From Podarcis liolepis (lineage: Eukaryota), in the NCBI GenBank assembly GCA_965112155.1, contig OZ218108.1: 64,000 bases of DNA; one strand, 5' to 3'. Below, piece after piece: positions 12,951 through 25,948 of this stretch (positions within the stretch are counted from its first letter, which is position 1; each line of letters starts with the position of its first letter). Both the position numbers and the translations under genes were made by a program. The notes beneath the pieces were generated by a model. The model was given only the letters and a program-made list of their open reading frames with translations. It did not search any database and was not told the origin of the DNA.

Positions 12951-14257
12951 GGATGGCATGCATATTTGTGGTATGATAAGGTCAAAGCACATAAAGCATT
13001 TAAAAATCATATTGTCAGGAAAGCATTGTTTAATGTCTGGATAAGATATAAGGACTTACTTGAAAATAAAACCCCAAGGTGGTTGTCACCGATGGAAGCG
13101 AAGGCTCAGAAAAAGCTCAATATGGAGGCCAAATGGCCGAAATATTGGGAAATTTTGGAACAAGAGGGAGACAGATTGAAATTGCAGAGTTTTGAAAAAC
13201 TAAAAAATAAAGTGTGAGATTGGCTTCATTATTATCAGATAATGGAGGCATATAATTTGGACAAGAAAATTGGCTTCCAGGTGGAAAAATCAAAATTGGA
13301 AACAGAACTGTTAGAACCCAAAACCAAGATTTTGTCAAAGATGTATAACTTGCTGTTGAAATGGAATACTCAGGATGAAACGGTGAAATCTGCTATGATT
13401 AAATGGGCACAAGATGTTGGACATAACATAATGATGGCTGACTGGGAACAGTTATGGACCACAGGTATGAAGTTTACGGCATGTAATGCCTTAAGAGAGA
13501 ATATTATGAAAATGATATACAGGTGGTACATGACACCAGTCAAGCTTGCAAAAATCTATCATTTGCCCGATAATAAAAGTTGGAAATGTAAAGAAACTGA
13601 AGGTACATTCTTTCACCTCTGGTGGACGTGCCCAAGGATTAAGGCTTTCTGGGAGATGATCTATAATGAAATGAAAAAGGTATACTTAAATATACCTTTC
13701 TGAAGAAACCAGAGGCCTTTCTCCTGGGCATGGTTGGCCAATTGGTGTTAAAGAAGGATAGAACTTTCTTTATGTATGCCACAACAGCAGCAAGAATACT
13801 TATCGCAAAACACTGAAAGACACAAGATTTACCCACTCTGGAAGAATGGCAAATGAAGGTGATGGACTATATGGAACTGGCAGAAATGACTGGCAGAATC
13901 CGAGACCAGGGAGAAGAGTCGGTGGAAGAAGATTGGAAGAAATTTAAAAACTATTTACAGAAACACTGCAAAATTAATGAATGTTAGAATGATGTTGGAT
14001 TGAAGTTAAGTGGTTTTTAGTAGCAATGTTATAAAGGAATATGTAAAAATGGATTGTTAATAGGTGATAATTTAAAGTTATATTAAGATGGAAGATTAAG
14101 ATAAAACCAAAGAGGGAAAGGAATTGCTGAATTAACTAATTGAACTGGAATACAAAAAAGGGAGGTGTGAGGAGGTCAGGGAAACAAGCAAATGAAAGAT
14201 AAGATATGGAAAGACTGATTTGTTTTTAACTGTTTTTACTTTGCATTTTCATTTTTG

Positions 14258-14288
<31 letters not shown>

Positions 14289-14343
14289 GCTTATTTTTGT
14301 AATATGTTGAAACTTTAATAAATATTTTTAAAAAATAAATAAA
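12951..14343 (+). mobile_element. 5'-truncated L1-clade LINE (ORF2 C-terminus plus 3' UTR), sense to PDE4D
   Basis: ORF2-like peptides with a CCHC knuckle remnant KSWKCKETEGTFFHLWWTC, an internal stop (13215-13217) and a frameshift near 13690. AATAAA and A-rich tail; 19-bp TSD TAATGTTGCTCTTTGTTTT (12932-12950 / 14344-14362). Confidence 0.9.
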
Positions 14344-14997
14344 TAATGTTGCTCTTTGTTTTTGTAGTCAGTGGGGCAGCAACAAATAAGAGCAGCATGA
14401 AACAAATAAGAGCAGCATCAAGGCCCGAAAAGATACGTCAAAGGCAGCACTAATGCATCTAATACTCAACTCCAAAGCGGCAACTGAAGGCTAGAATCAT
14501 ACCTTTCTGAATCACCTTAGGAGAAAGAGCAGGGTTGGGGTCATGGGCGGCATAGCCAGGGAGCAGCTTCCCCCCCCCATCAAGTAAATAAATAAAAAGA
14601 CTTAACCAACTGACCAATTGCATTGTAGATAACTTGGTTCTGCCCCCCCAAAAAAAAATTATTGTGAATACAGCAGGATGATTCCCATAATAAACAACAA
14701 TTAATACATTAGTGGTAACCACATATTGCCTGAATTGGATGTAAAACTCCAGTTCGGGCAACGTGTGGCCAAACTCCCTCAACCATGGTTCCAATAACCA
14801 TCACTTTGGATGCCCAAGCACACTAAGGTTATTTTATAATGGTGGGTTACTTTTCTCCAGAAAGGAAGCCCCTCTGGGTTGTTTTCAGCATGCATTGGGA
14901 AAACTCACATGCACCGGGCTTGCTCCCCCTCTCCCTCCTTCCTGTCTTACATACCTCATAGGGATGTAGTAAGGATACAGTGGGGAAATTCAAGATA

Positions 14998-15212
14998 CAG
15001 TGGTACCTTGGGTTACAAATGCTTCAGGTTACAGACTCCACTAACCCAGAAATAGTACCTCGGGTTAAGAACTTTGCTTCAGGATGAGAACAGAAATTGT
15101 GTGGCGGCGGCGGGAGGCCCCATTAGCTAAAGTGGTACCTCAGGTTAAGAACAGTTTCAGGTTAAGAACAGACCTCCAGAATGAATTAAGTTCTTAACCC
15201 GAGGTACCACTG
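14998..15212. mobile_element. Tc1/mariner (pogo/Tigger-like) MITE, family 1
   Basis: TIRs CAGTGGTACCT...AGGTACCACTG with a TA flank; related copies at 25147, 31226 and 57101. Confidence 0.85.
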
Positions 15213-16979
15213 TGTGCCACTGTAAACTCCATGGAGGAACTATAATAAAAGATATGTGGGGAAATCTAAATTGGACTTTTGCTCTGTGACAGAAGCAAGA
15301 CATACGACACCCTTCAGGTGATTGTTATTGCCGTTTTGGTTCAGATTTCCCAAAGACTTTGCCATCTGGACTTATCCCCTCATAAGTCTGGGTCACTTCC
15401 TGTGTTTTCCTGCCTTTGTGCTCTGACCTCACACCTTCCTTGCTTCGTCTCTCCCTCCCTCTCACTCGCTTTTCTGCCATCTGTCTAGATTTCCCTTTTC
15501 CTGACATTGCTGCCGTATGCAGAATATCGTCACGTGGTATCTCCGCTATCCAGAATTCTTTCAGCTGTGCAGTACGTGCTCAGTGTCATCCTTTCGAAAC
15601 CTCAACTCATTTTTCAAGTGGTGTCTCATAAACATATCCCCTTTGTGCCTTAACAATAGCGCATTTGTTGGTTCTTTCACTGCTTGACCCCCTGGCTGAA
15701 AAGAGAGAGGGAAAGCCAAGCATTTTTCTTCGCCGAGATGTTCCCTTGCCTGCACAGGTTTGCACATGTTCAACGGGGGAGGCAATTCTTATTTTACAGC
15801 ATTGTCAGTTGCTTTGTGAGTTTCGTCGATTTGGGGCCGGGAATGGGGGTGCACCAGGGCTTATTATTTATTGGTTATAATTATTTTGAAAAACATTCAG
15901 TATGCCTTATAACTGTTGTGAAATAAAACTGCAGATCTGGAAGATGTGATGTACAGGGAGGGAAATCAGCTGAGCAATTCTATATAGGCCTGCCCAATTG
16001 TAAGCCCCCACTGAGTTCAGTGAGGTGTACTTCCAACCTAGCAGTGCAATCTCTTATTTATGTCTACCCAGACATATTAAGTCCTATTAAGTTTAATGGG
16101 GATTACTATGAGATTACTGGATTTAGGATTGCAACCTAGAAGTAGCAAGTTTTCCCATCATCTCTGACTTTCCTTTCTGGGTTTTTGCTAAGCACTGTTG
16201 TTCTGTGTTTGACGTCAGTTCATTTCTTGAATGCCTTCACTGTAAACATGCAAGAACAAGAGAGAGAGCAAGAGAGAGAGAGCGCTGTGTTGGTACCTAA
16301 GCCAGTTATATTTCATTATTTTAAAATGCTAAAATATTGCATCATTTCATGACACAAATTTAATTGTAAACCTCACTGAAACCAGCAGTGTTAAGCCTTT
16401 ATATGACGAGAAAGATGTGCGAACAAAAGCACTTGTACACTCTGGTCATCTTTCCAATAACAGTAAATGGAATATGCCTGGAATTGTTGCTTGACTCAAT
16501 AGGCAGGATATGACAAAGATTATTATGGGGAGCATAATAGTTGTTTACAAGGTCTGCTAGCACTCTGGATAGTGTTCACGGTGCAGGTTTAATGTTCCGA
16601 CCAGATTAAAAGATATTAATTTACTTGGTTTTATATTAAGCAGTGGAGAAATTAAAACATTTTCTCATCATTTTTAATAGGGAAAAGTGCACTTCCATTA
16701 TTATTATTTTAAAAGGTTGCCTGTCAGTACATAAATATTTTATTTACCACGAAGGCCTGTGATTTTCAAGAGGAAACATGCGCAGAAGCCTCTTGTGTTA
16801 ACACGACCCAGTTCCATCTTTGTACCATATTGGTACAGCATATTTTTCATAGCTTTGACCTCTATGGGTCAGTGAAGCCTTCTTAGAAGACATTGGACAC
16901 TATACAAAGTCCAGACTGTCTGACCATCTGATCCTTTATTGTGTGGTCTGAAAGTCCCTTCAATCAGGCTCTCAGAAGA

Positions 16980-17225
16980 ATATAAGGAGAGCCTTCTAGA
17001 TGAGGCCCAGTGGAGTCCAGCACCCTGTTCTCACAGTGGCCAACCAGAAGCCTGTGGGAAACCAGCAAGTGGGACCCAAGCACAACAGCAATCTCCCTTC
17101 CTGTGGTTTCCAGCAGCTAGTATGCAGAAGCATTACTGCCTCTGACCATGAAGGCAGAGGATAACCATCATGGCTGGTAGACATTGATAGCCTTATCCTC
17201 CATGAATTAATTTGTCTAATCCTGG
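16980..17225 (-). mobile_element. Old CR1-type LINE 3' fragment
   Basis: ctgttctcacagtggccaacc...gatagccttatcctccatgaa...tttgtctaatcc; related degraded segments at about 40-150 and 36940-36990. Confidence 0.55.
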
Positions 17226-17546
17226 TGGCAGGTTATAACCATCCTGGCTAGTGGTGTACTGGTGGGGAAATACCTGGCTGAAGGATGCGACAATGAGGTT
17301 TTCAGGTCCTTTGCTCTGAATGGATTTCTGCTTCAGGTTAGCAACATAAATGTTAGCACTGCTTTGCAAGATTGTTTGCACTCCTGATTAAAAGCTTAGG
17401 TTACATTTCAGCTGGCTGAAGACCTTTGCTAACGCGCAGTGTGTTTTGCGCAATGTGTTTTGCGAGCTTGCAGTCAGAAGTAAGCACCGCTGAATTCATT
17501 CACTTCCAGATAAGTGCCTGCAGCCATGCTACAAGAGAATTTAGTC

Positions 17547-17805
17547 CAGGGGTCAGCAAACTTTTTCAGCAGGCGGCCGGTCCACTGTCCCTCAGACCTT
17601 ATGGGGGGCTGGACTATATATATATATATTGGGGGGGGGGGATGAATGAATTCCTTTGCCCCACAAATAACCCAGAGATGCATTTTAAATAAAAGGACAC
17701 ATTATACTCAAGTAAAAACATGCTGATTCACGGAACGTCCATGGGCTGGATTGAGAAGGCAATTTGGCCGGATCCAGCCCCCAGGACTTAGTTTGCCTAC
17801 CCATG
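17547..17805. mobile_element. Non-autonomous hAT (Charlie-like) element
   Basis: Ends CAGGGGTCAGCAAACT / AGTTTGCCTACCCATG; 8-bp TSD ATTTAGTC / GTTTAGTC. Confidence 0.8.
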
Positions 17806-18195
17806 GTTTAGTCTTTATTATACCAAAGGACCCTTCCTTCAAAAACCAGTCATGCTTCCTTTGTTTGCATAGTAAAATGTCTTTACACACAGCTGCCTAG
17901 TTTTTTGCATTCTGGTTTGGTTGTGGGTGCTGTCAAGCAGATCTCCTGCCCTCCAAAATCACACCACTGATCACAACTAGATAAGATATTCCCAGTAGTT
18001 TGTGCCACATATTAGAAGTCCTTTGCCAATCACGTGGTGAGTTGTTTGGTGGAATTAATTTTAACTTGCTTCTTATGGGCAGCTTATTTGGAAACACTGA
18101 AGCTTTGTTGCAGCTTGCAGAATCACAAGAAAATATGCATTGGTCTTGAGGATTTTCTCCCAGAGTTTATTTTCTTAGTACCATTTTACTGGTAA

Positions 18196-18580
18196 GGGAT
18201 GCGGGTGACGCTGTGGTTTAAACCACTCAGCCTCTTGGTCTTGCTGATCGGAAGGTCGGTGGTTCAAATCTGCATGATGGGGTGAGCTCCTGTTGCTCTG
18301 TCCCAACTTCTGCCAAGCTAGCAGTTCGAAATCATACCAGTGCAAGTAGATAAATGGGTACCGCTGCAGCAGGAAGGTAAATGGCATTTCTGTGCACTCT
18401 GGCTTCCATCACATTGTTCTGTTGTGCCAGAAGCGGTTTAGTCATGCTGGCCACATGACCCAGAAAACTGTCTGTAGACAAACACCAGCTCCCTCAGCCT
18501 GAAAAGTGAGATGAGCGCCGCAACCCCACAGTCACCTTTGACTGTACTTAACTATCCAGTGGTCCTTTACCTTTACCTTT
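18196..18580 (+). mobile_element. Sauria SINE (Squam1), more diverged copy
   Basis: Same layout as the 11705 copy; (accttt)n tail; TSD TTTACTGGTAA (18185-18195 / 18578-18588). Confidence 0.9.
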
Positions 18581-19229
18581 ACTGGTAAAGACTTTTTGCT
18601 GCTTTGAGTGCCACAGTATCAGCTGAAGAAGTAGTGGCATGCAGTCAGTGGACTCGGGAGACTAGACTAGTCCCCTAAATGTTCCCTTGGTGCCTCCTTC
18701 CCAAAGCCTGGGAAGCTCCTGCCCAGCTTAGGGAGGGAGGTGCGATGCTCACATGACGTTGCAATGTCCCATTGCCCTCGTAAGCTGATGCCTCTGGCCC
18801 TAACTGTCCCCCTTCAAATAATTTCACTTCATGCCACTGTAAAGAAGTGTGGTTGAAAGTTTGGCAAAAGTAGACACTCATGTGCAGTCATTATTTGTGA
18901 AGGGACAAATCTTCTTGACTATCCTCATTGCTTTGGTAATGTTCAGTTTAACGAATCAAATGTTTAAAATGTAATGACAGGAAAGTGACTCAGTGGGAGC
19001 TCCATTTGGACATGCATAGAATTGTTCTATAAATGCTCTAATAGGGCCTTCTCTAAAAACTCCCAGAATCACTTACAAGATCAGTAGCAAGACAGTCCCT
19101 GCCCTTGAGACATGGGAACAGAGCCAGTCCCCAAGGTTTGCTGGGACCAAGCCTTAAAAAGCTCTATCGGTCATAAGAAACACCATGAGTTTTATGTACA
19201 GAAGCTACCCAGATACCAGGATAGAGGCA

Positions 19230-19597
19230 GGAGTACTAATGAAATGCCAGCCTGGTGGAAACCCTTACACATATGGTTCTTAATTGTAAACTATATGCTG
19301 ATCTCCATCAGCAATTTCTAGATCAACTCTGTATCTCCAAATGGAAACCAGAGGTGGAGGTCATACATTTTCTATTACTCGGGAATGATCAGGAGCTCAC
19401 CAAGTTAGTGGCTAAATATCTCTATTTGTTTTTTTGTTGTCGAAATACACTGCAGACATCTGATCTCCATTGAGACCTAGAGATGTGACGATAGACTGCT
19501 CTGCCTCCTTTCTTTTAGCAAATGTTTTGTGCCACTGGGGAAGTGGTAATTCTGTATTGATTTGTTTTGGATGTTTGTATGTGATGCCAATAAAAGG

Positions 19598-19631
<34 letters not shown>

Positions 19632-19641
19632 GTGATGATGA
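19230..19641 (+). mobile_element. Non-LTR retrotransposon 3' end with Cys/His motif remnant and (GAT)n tail
   Basis: Peptide ETLTHMVLNCKLY...FLLLGND..., then ccaataaaaggtt followed by (gat)n. Clade not determined. Confidence 0.6.
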
Positions 19642-21401
19642 CTAATGAAATGTTCTCCCAGAGCACATCCCCACCAGTAGATGAGCAAGAATTATTCTGC
19701 CTATGTCTGAACTTTCTGAAGAGCCATTGAGAGCAGCTGCTTGTCGAGGGCATTACATTAACCTAGCTTGTGGTCCCAGTGTGGCAGACAGGAAGATGCC
19801 ACCACTTCCTTGGCTTCTTGGGATGGAATGGAACCTCCTGTCCCGAGGAAACGCCCCCCCCCCGAGGACCCCAATAACTTGAGGTCTACCCACTTCTGAT
19901 GCCACTGTTTTTAGTGGTATACAACAAACCTTAAAAAGAACCCCCCAGCAGAAAATAATGCTCGGGAAACTGTGAAGAAGTAAGATTTGGCCCTTTTCTT
20001 TTTCTGTGCAATCTATTGCTGCGTTATTTCTTCACGTTTACGAAAATCCATCTTGAGCCTTCTTCACTGGTAATGGTTAGTGGCCAATCCTGGGCTGACT
20101 GTTGAACCATCGTTCTTTCCTGTTGCAGTGATAACACCTCTGAGCAGATGAATGACGGCCTGTTTATTCTAAACGTTCTGTTCACCACAAGCCCTTTCTC
20201 CCGCCCCAACCGCCCCCACATACTTTACTTTCATCTGCAAGGGATTTATGGAATTTATGACTTGGTTCGTTTGATGTGGCACAGTTCCACATGTGAGTGA
20301 TGGCGAGCTGGAAAGCACGCTGGGAGTTCATGCCAAGAATAATTGGCTTCTGCATTGTGGAACAGCTCAAATATTGTGAGCATCACAGTATGTAATTTGG
20401 GTGTGCGCATTGCCCATAGTTCAAAGCATTTTGCTCACCCACAGTCGCACACTGAGTTTCCTGTTGGTTGGCTTTGGGTGTGTTTATGAAACAGGCCGAG
20501 CGCCATGCTAGAGAAGCCAGCAGTCAGACCTTGCAGCTCTTCAGACTCGATGGATGTTTGCATTCTGCTCACTCCCAGATGCAAGCTCCCAAATTTGACG
20601 TGCTCTCCACGTTGGTCTGGTAGCTTTGTTAAGCAGAAGGCAAGAGTAACTACCAGCAACACAGCAAGGATTAATGAAAAGGTTTAGGGATTAAGCAATG
20701 GATGCTTCCAATAAACAATTATTCATGCCATGTGAAAGGAAGTACACTCCTGATGTAAACAAAGTATTCATCTTGAAGGTGCACGTGCCTCAGAACTAAG
20801 GGTTGGACATGTGTCCTAGGTACTCGTGTGTATGTAAACCACACTCAGAGGTCACACCTGCATCCCAGTCCTCAAATACAGTTCATCTAGAAGCCAGTAT
20901 ATGATTTTACTGGTAGTTCCTTGTAAAAGGCACTGTAGCTGCCCAGAGTCAGGTGGCACCTACAGCTTGCATACAGTTTGCGTGTGCTAATTTATATGTA
21001 TTAAATGGGTTGCCATATTTTGAAGAGCAAAAAAGAACGCTATGACAACTCTCATTTTAAATACCCCTACTATGTGTAGGCTATAGAAGCTGTGATATAT
21101 TGCTGAGGGGGGCAGGAGAAGGGAAGAGGAAACCAAGTCTTCAACCACCGGTTTATGTCTATGTCTCATCCAGTAAGTATAACCAGAGACATTTTGGCAA
21201 ATTTTTTAAAATCCACAGAAATTTTACCCCTGAAAAAGAGAACATATCCTGGGGGGAAATAGGACACATGGCAACCCTAAAGATGCAAACACAGAAATAA
21301 TTTCGAGAATTTAAGTGTAACACATTTCACCATAGTGGGAAAGAATGCCACCAGGTGACACCCTTTGTGCCTGCACAGGAGAGGTGTGCATATGGGAAGG
21401 T

Positions 21402-22121
21402 CAGGGCTGTCTTTACCCGGGGGCACCCGGGCACTGAATTCTGGGGAGTGCCAGGTGCCCGCTGCTGAAGCCGCCTAAGCTCTTAACTATCTACCTGTTA
21501 TGAAATAATAAATAATTTTGATCAAGCTAGAAAAACAAAATACATATATACCTAGGTATTACCGAAATGTAAACCTACTGTTTCACTAAAGGATTTTTGA
21601 CTTTGTGCGCTCATTTACCAAAGATGCGCGTGGGCAGCCTCTATGGGACCAGCGCCCCTCTCCTTGTCCCCCTCCTGGTCCTGTTCCAGGCGGCGCTCCA
21701 GGGTGCCCAGACCCGCAAAGGTGAGAATTTCCTCGAGGCGCCCCCCCTCCCGGCCCGGGACCCTCCTCTCGCTCCCCCGACGCCGCACTCCAGTGAGCCA
21801 GCTTGAGCACTGAATGAGAGCTGTGCCAGGGAAGGGGAAATGTGCACGGATGCCTGCCCTTCCTGGACCCTGAGACAGAGTGGGACAGGCTGCCTCTTGG
21901 CTGGCTTTGGAGCTGGTGGGCTGAGGATCGCTTCTGCTCACCGGTATGGCAAAAAATATATATGTTTTTTTCCACTTCGGCGAACTCCTCTGCCCTTCCC
22001 TAAGGCGTAAGCATGGTGTCTGACATAAGCATAATAAAAGTTAATTTGGGGGCTAAACTAAATTTGGGGGTGCTGGGCGGATCTTTGCGCCCCAGTGCCG
22101 CATATGCGAAAGATGGCCCTG
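21402..22121. mobile_element. 720-bp GC-rich non-autonomous hAT element
   Basis: TIRs CAGGGCTGTCTTT / AAAGATGGCCCTG; 8-bp TSD GGGAAGGT / TGGAAGGT. Confidence 0.8.
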
Positions 22122-25100
22122 TGGAAGGTAGTCGCATGACTGGGATTAACCTGAGAGTTCCAACTTGCCAGTTGCTACATTCCAGCCACACAAAAGTCAG
22201 AAATTTGTACACCCACACCCCTCCAGGAAAGTAAGAGGCGTTATCATAGTTCAAAGAGGCATTTAAGCCATGCAAAAGTATTTGATGAGGATTCAGTGAA
22301 GGGTTTGTAGTCTGGAGGGAGCAGAGGCGACCTTTGGAGAGTCCTTAGCTCCAGATAGAGACTGGAAAGACTGGGATAGAGGCATTTAGGGCCTGAAAAA
22401 TATTTAGGGGGAGATACCTAAAGAGGGGAAATTGACCCAGAAACATGCTGACTATTGGAAGCACAGACAGAAAATTGGTGGGAAAGAGTGTGAGATGTTC
22501 CATCTGTCATGGAGGAAGCCATGGCTGGCTGACGGGAACAGGGAACAGGAGCCATCATCCCCGCTGCAGTGTTTTGTTGCAGTTCCCACTTGTATTACAT
22601 AATATCCTACAGTACAGAGGGTTTCCCATATTGCTGGGAGGTGGAAAGTGGTGATAAAACGAATGTTTGGCTGTTTGTAGCCAAGGTTACTGCCCCATGG
22701 GGATGCTAGATAGAGAATGGTTTGAAATGATATCATACAAGATACTTCGCCAAAGTTGAATCATTGCTAATAAGCTGCCAGAAATAATGAGAAAACAGAG
22801 GATGCTGAATGAAACCACAGTGGCCTACTAGTCTATTGCTTGGGAAAGATGCCCGGTTGGTCTTGCTATGCGCCTCTTCTGCTTTACATTTGGCAAATAC
22901 CTTTGGGTACTTCGAATTCAGTGGCTGGTGAAACTGGAACACTTCCTACACTTTGTATGTTTACGTGGAAGCAAGCCTTCTTGATTTCAAGCGGAAGTTT
23001 GGATTGCAGCCTTGCTGTGCATTCCAGAACCCGGTTCCAGTGTGTGTAATGGGATTTACTCTCTAGTAAAAGTGTTTAGGATGGGAGTCTTATAGTGCAC
23101 TCTTATGCATGTTTATTCAGAAGCAATTCAATAGGATTATGGCCCACATGTACTAAATGTGCACACTGTGGAAGTTATCTTTTATATTGGTAATGCCTGA
23201 AAACATGTGATAATTAGTATATAATGCCAATAAGGAACAAAGTTTGTGTTAGGGGCTGAAGGACACGTCATGGGGAACATGGAGTTGCCAGTGAAGAGGG
23301 TGTCCTTATGTTCTGTTCTTTCGCTCCTTCTCTGTAAAGTGTAGTAAAGCTCACCAGGGACCCTAGTTTGTTGCTTTCTAACAAGCCACAGTTTCTAATT
23401 CTAAATCCATGGTTAGTTATTGACTTGCTGACTTCTTCAGGAGCAACAAACCATGGTTCAGATATAAACGTGATGCCAAGGCTTCCTGGTTTGTTTAACC
23501 TGCTTGCACCAGGGGAGGAGAGAAGTGAAAGCGCATGGAGACCAACCTGCTGCTCATTCCTGATAAACCACAATAAGCAAGAAAGCCTTGCCTGGGAATG
23601 CAGCCATTGTTTCCAGGAATGCAGAGGCAAGGACAACTCTCCCAAAACACTACTGCTTGAAACAGTCCTAGTTGTATTGTCATTTTTTTATTTTATTTTT
23701 TGCCAGCTAGCATTGGTATCTGGCCCTTCTTTGTCTCATACCATTCCTGTATCATCTTCCACAAACTGACCAGCTGGCTGCAGTATTGGTACAAGGGGTT
23801 AAAATATCTCCCTCATTTCTCAGCATATGTAACTTTATTCATTCTGTGACCAAGTGGAGTTTGGAACAGACCTCAGTCATCTCTGTAATTCCATCAGGAG
23901 ACAAAGGGCATCAGCCCAACCGAAGTGTAATAATGGTTCACAGAACAGTCTTCAGTGTATTGTGCACAAAGTCTATTGAGATAAAGGCAGGATCAAATTA
24001 ATTCCTTTATGTCAGAGTGGTTAAGAAAGCCTACTTTATAATCACTCATTGATTTCCAATATTTCATAGGGAGTAGGGGAGTGCAGCCACTTTATCCAGG
24101 CCAGTTGTGCCGTTTTACTCCCCTCCCCCCCCCATCTTAATTAAATACCGGGTATGTTTGTTAAAACAGTCAGTTTCCTCCTGTCTTAAGACCTTGAAAC
24201 TTTATTCCTAAATATTCCTTTTCATTTCTTTTGATGGGGCGGCGGGGAGAGAAAGAAAGAATGTGCTGGTGTCAACTAATTGCGGTTTTAATGTGCATAA
24301 AATTTGCCAAAACAACAGTTGCAAAAATAGATGCAATTTCAGGTGGCAGTTCTGTACCCACTTACCTGGGAGCAAACCCCGTGGGAATTACTTCTGAGTG
24401 AATATGTATAGCTCTGTTGGATATAAAAATGACTAGACATGAAATACAGGTTTACAATGGCTACAGTGTTCATCCTTGGCTATAGTGGTCCCTGTGACTC
24501 TAATGTCAGTAGCTTTTCTATTGACTGGTTTCTGTCCTGAACATACAAAAGATTCTCTTAAGCCACACTGTATTGTCAGTGTTATTGAGCTCTGTTTGAA
24601 AGCAAATGCCTAGCTTTATTTTATTGCATTTATAAACCCATCTTTTCTCCAAGGAGCTTGAGGGGGTGGTGTACATGACTCTCCCTCTCCTCATATAATC
24701 CCCTAAACAACCCGGTGAGGTAAGTTAGACCAAGAGGCAATGGCCGGTCCAAGTGAGCTTCATAGCTGGACAGATTCTTGTGGATTCCACAAAGTGAACT
24801 GGGCTTTTGAGGTTCACTTCCTCAAAGCATATCAGCACCAAACCTAGCTCATTGTATATCTGAACCTCTGACAACTCTCCAAAGTCCCGGATTTTCATCC
24901 ACATTGTCAACTATTTCTGTTTAATTGAGGATAGACTAGCACTCTAAATGTTGTAACTAACAGGCGGGGTGTGTTGAGGTTTTTTTTAGCCTATTCATTT
25001 CCATTGAGCAATATCATTTTAAACAAATGTTTGTGTACATCGGTGATCAGCTGTAATAAAAAACCTTTTTTCTCTCACTTTCAAACTTTCAAAATTTTGC

Positions 25101-25146
25101 TATCTACATGCAGCCCTCCGCCCTGTGCTCTGGCTGAAGTGAGGTA

Positions 25147-25388
25147 CAGTGGTACCTCGGGTTAAGTACTTAATTCGTTCCGGAGGTCCGTACTTAACCT
25201 GAAACTGTTCTTAACCTGAAGCACCACTTTAGCTAATGGGGCCTCCTGCTGCTGCCGCGCCTCCGGAGCATGATTTCTGTTCTCATCCTGAAGCAAAGTT
25301 CTTAACCTGAAGTACTATTTCTGGGTTAGCGGAGTCTGTAACCTGAAGCGTATGTAACCTGAAGCGTATGTAACCTGAGGTACCACTG
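25147..25388. mobile_element. Tc1/mariner MITE, family 1
   Basis: TA-CAGTGGTACCTC...GAGGTACCACTG-TA; opposite orientation to the 14998 and 31226 copies. Confidence 0.9.
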
Positions 25389-25699
25389 TAAATGTTAGAC
25401 TCAGAGTAGATCCATTTAAATTAAACTTAAGTTAATAATGTCCGCTGACTGGCATTGCACACACCCTTAATGCCCATATGGCCCCTCCCTTCTTTAGATG
25501 GCAAGGTCTATTATAACACTTATTTCAGAATGATGTAAGGAGACCTTCCTGCATTTTGAGGTCTTCCTATTCATTCTGCTGAGACTTTTGCCCTAAAGTC
25601 CTATCCTGACAGCACCACCAGTGTTTTTTCTAGAATGAACACAGTTGTGTTCAGCTCTTTACCAGGTGCTTGGTGCAAATTTATGGGGCGAGCCTTAGA

Positions 25700-25948
25700 G
25701 CCAGTGTGGTGTAGTGGTTAAGAGCGGTAGTCACGTAATCTGGGGAACCGGGTTCGCGTCTCCGCTCCTCCACATGCAGCTGCTGGGTGACCTTGGGCCA
25801 GTCACACTTCTGTGAAGTCTCTCAGCCCCACTCACCTCACAGAGTGTTTGTTGTGGGGGAGGAAGGGAAAGGAGATTGTGAGCCGCTTTGAGACTCCTGA
25901 AGGGGAGTGAAAGGCGGGATATCAAATCCAAACTCTTCTTCTTCTTCT
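25700..25948 (+). mobile_element. Squam3-type tRNA SINE
   Basis: Pol III A/B-box-like head gtgtagtggttaagagc...gggttcgcgtctcc, core gggtgaccttgggccagtca, (CTT)n tail. Confidence 0.88.

Noticed and set aside
12738-13703. 159-aa and 153-aa ORFs as a host gene
   Set aside because: L1 ORF2 remnants bounded by a TSD, with a stop and a frameshift.
21100-21180. Strong donor-like CCA|gtaagt at about 21172 as another alternative exon
   Set aside because: No convincing start or acceptor, no PDE4-like peptide, and it abuts transposon-like sequence.
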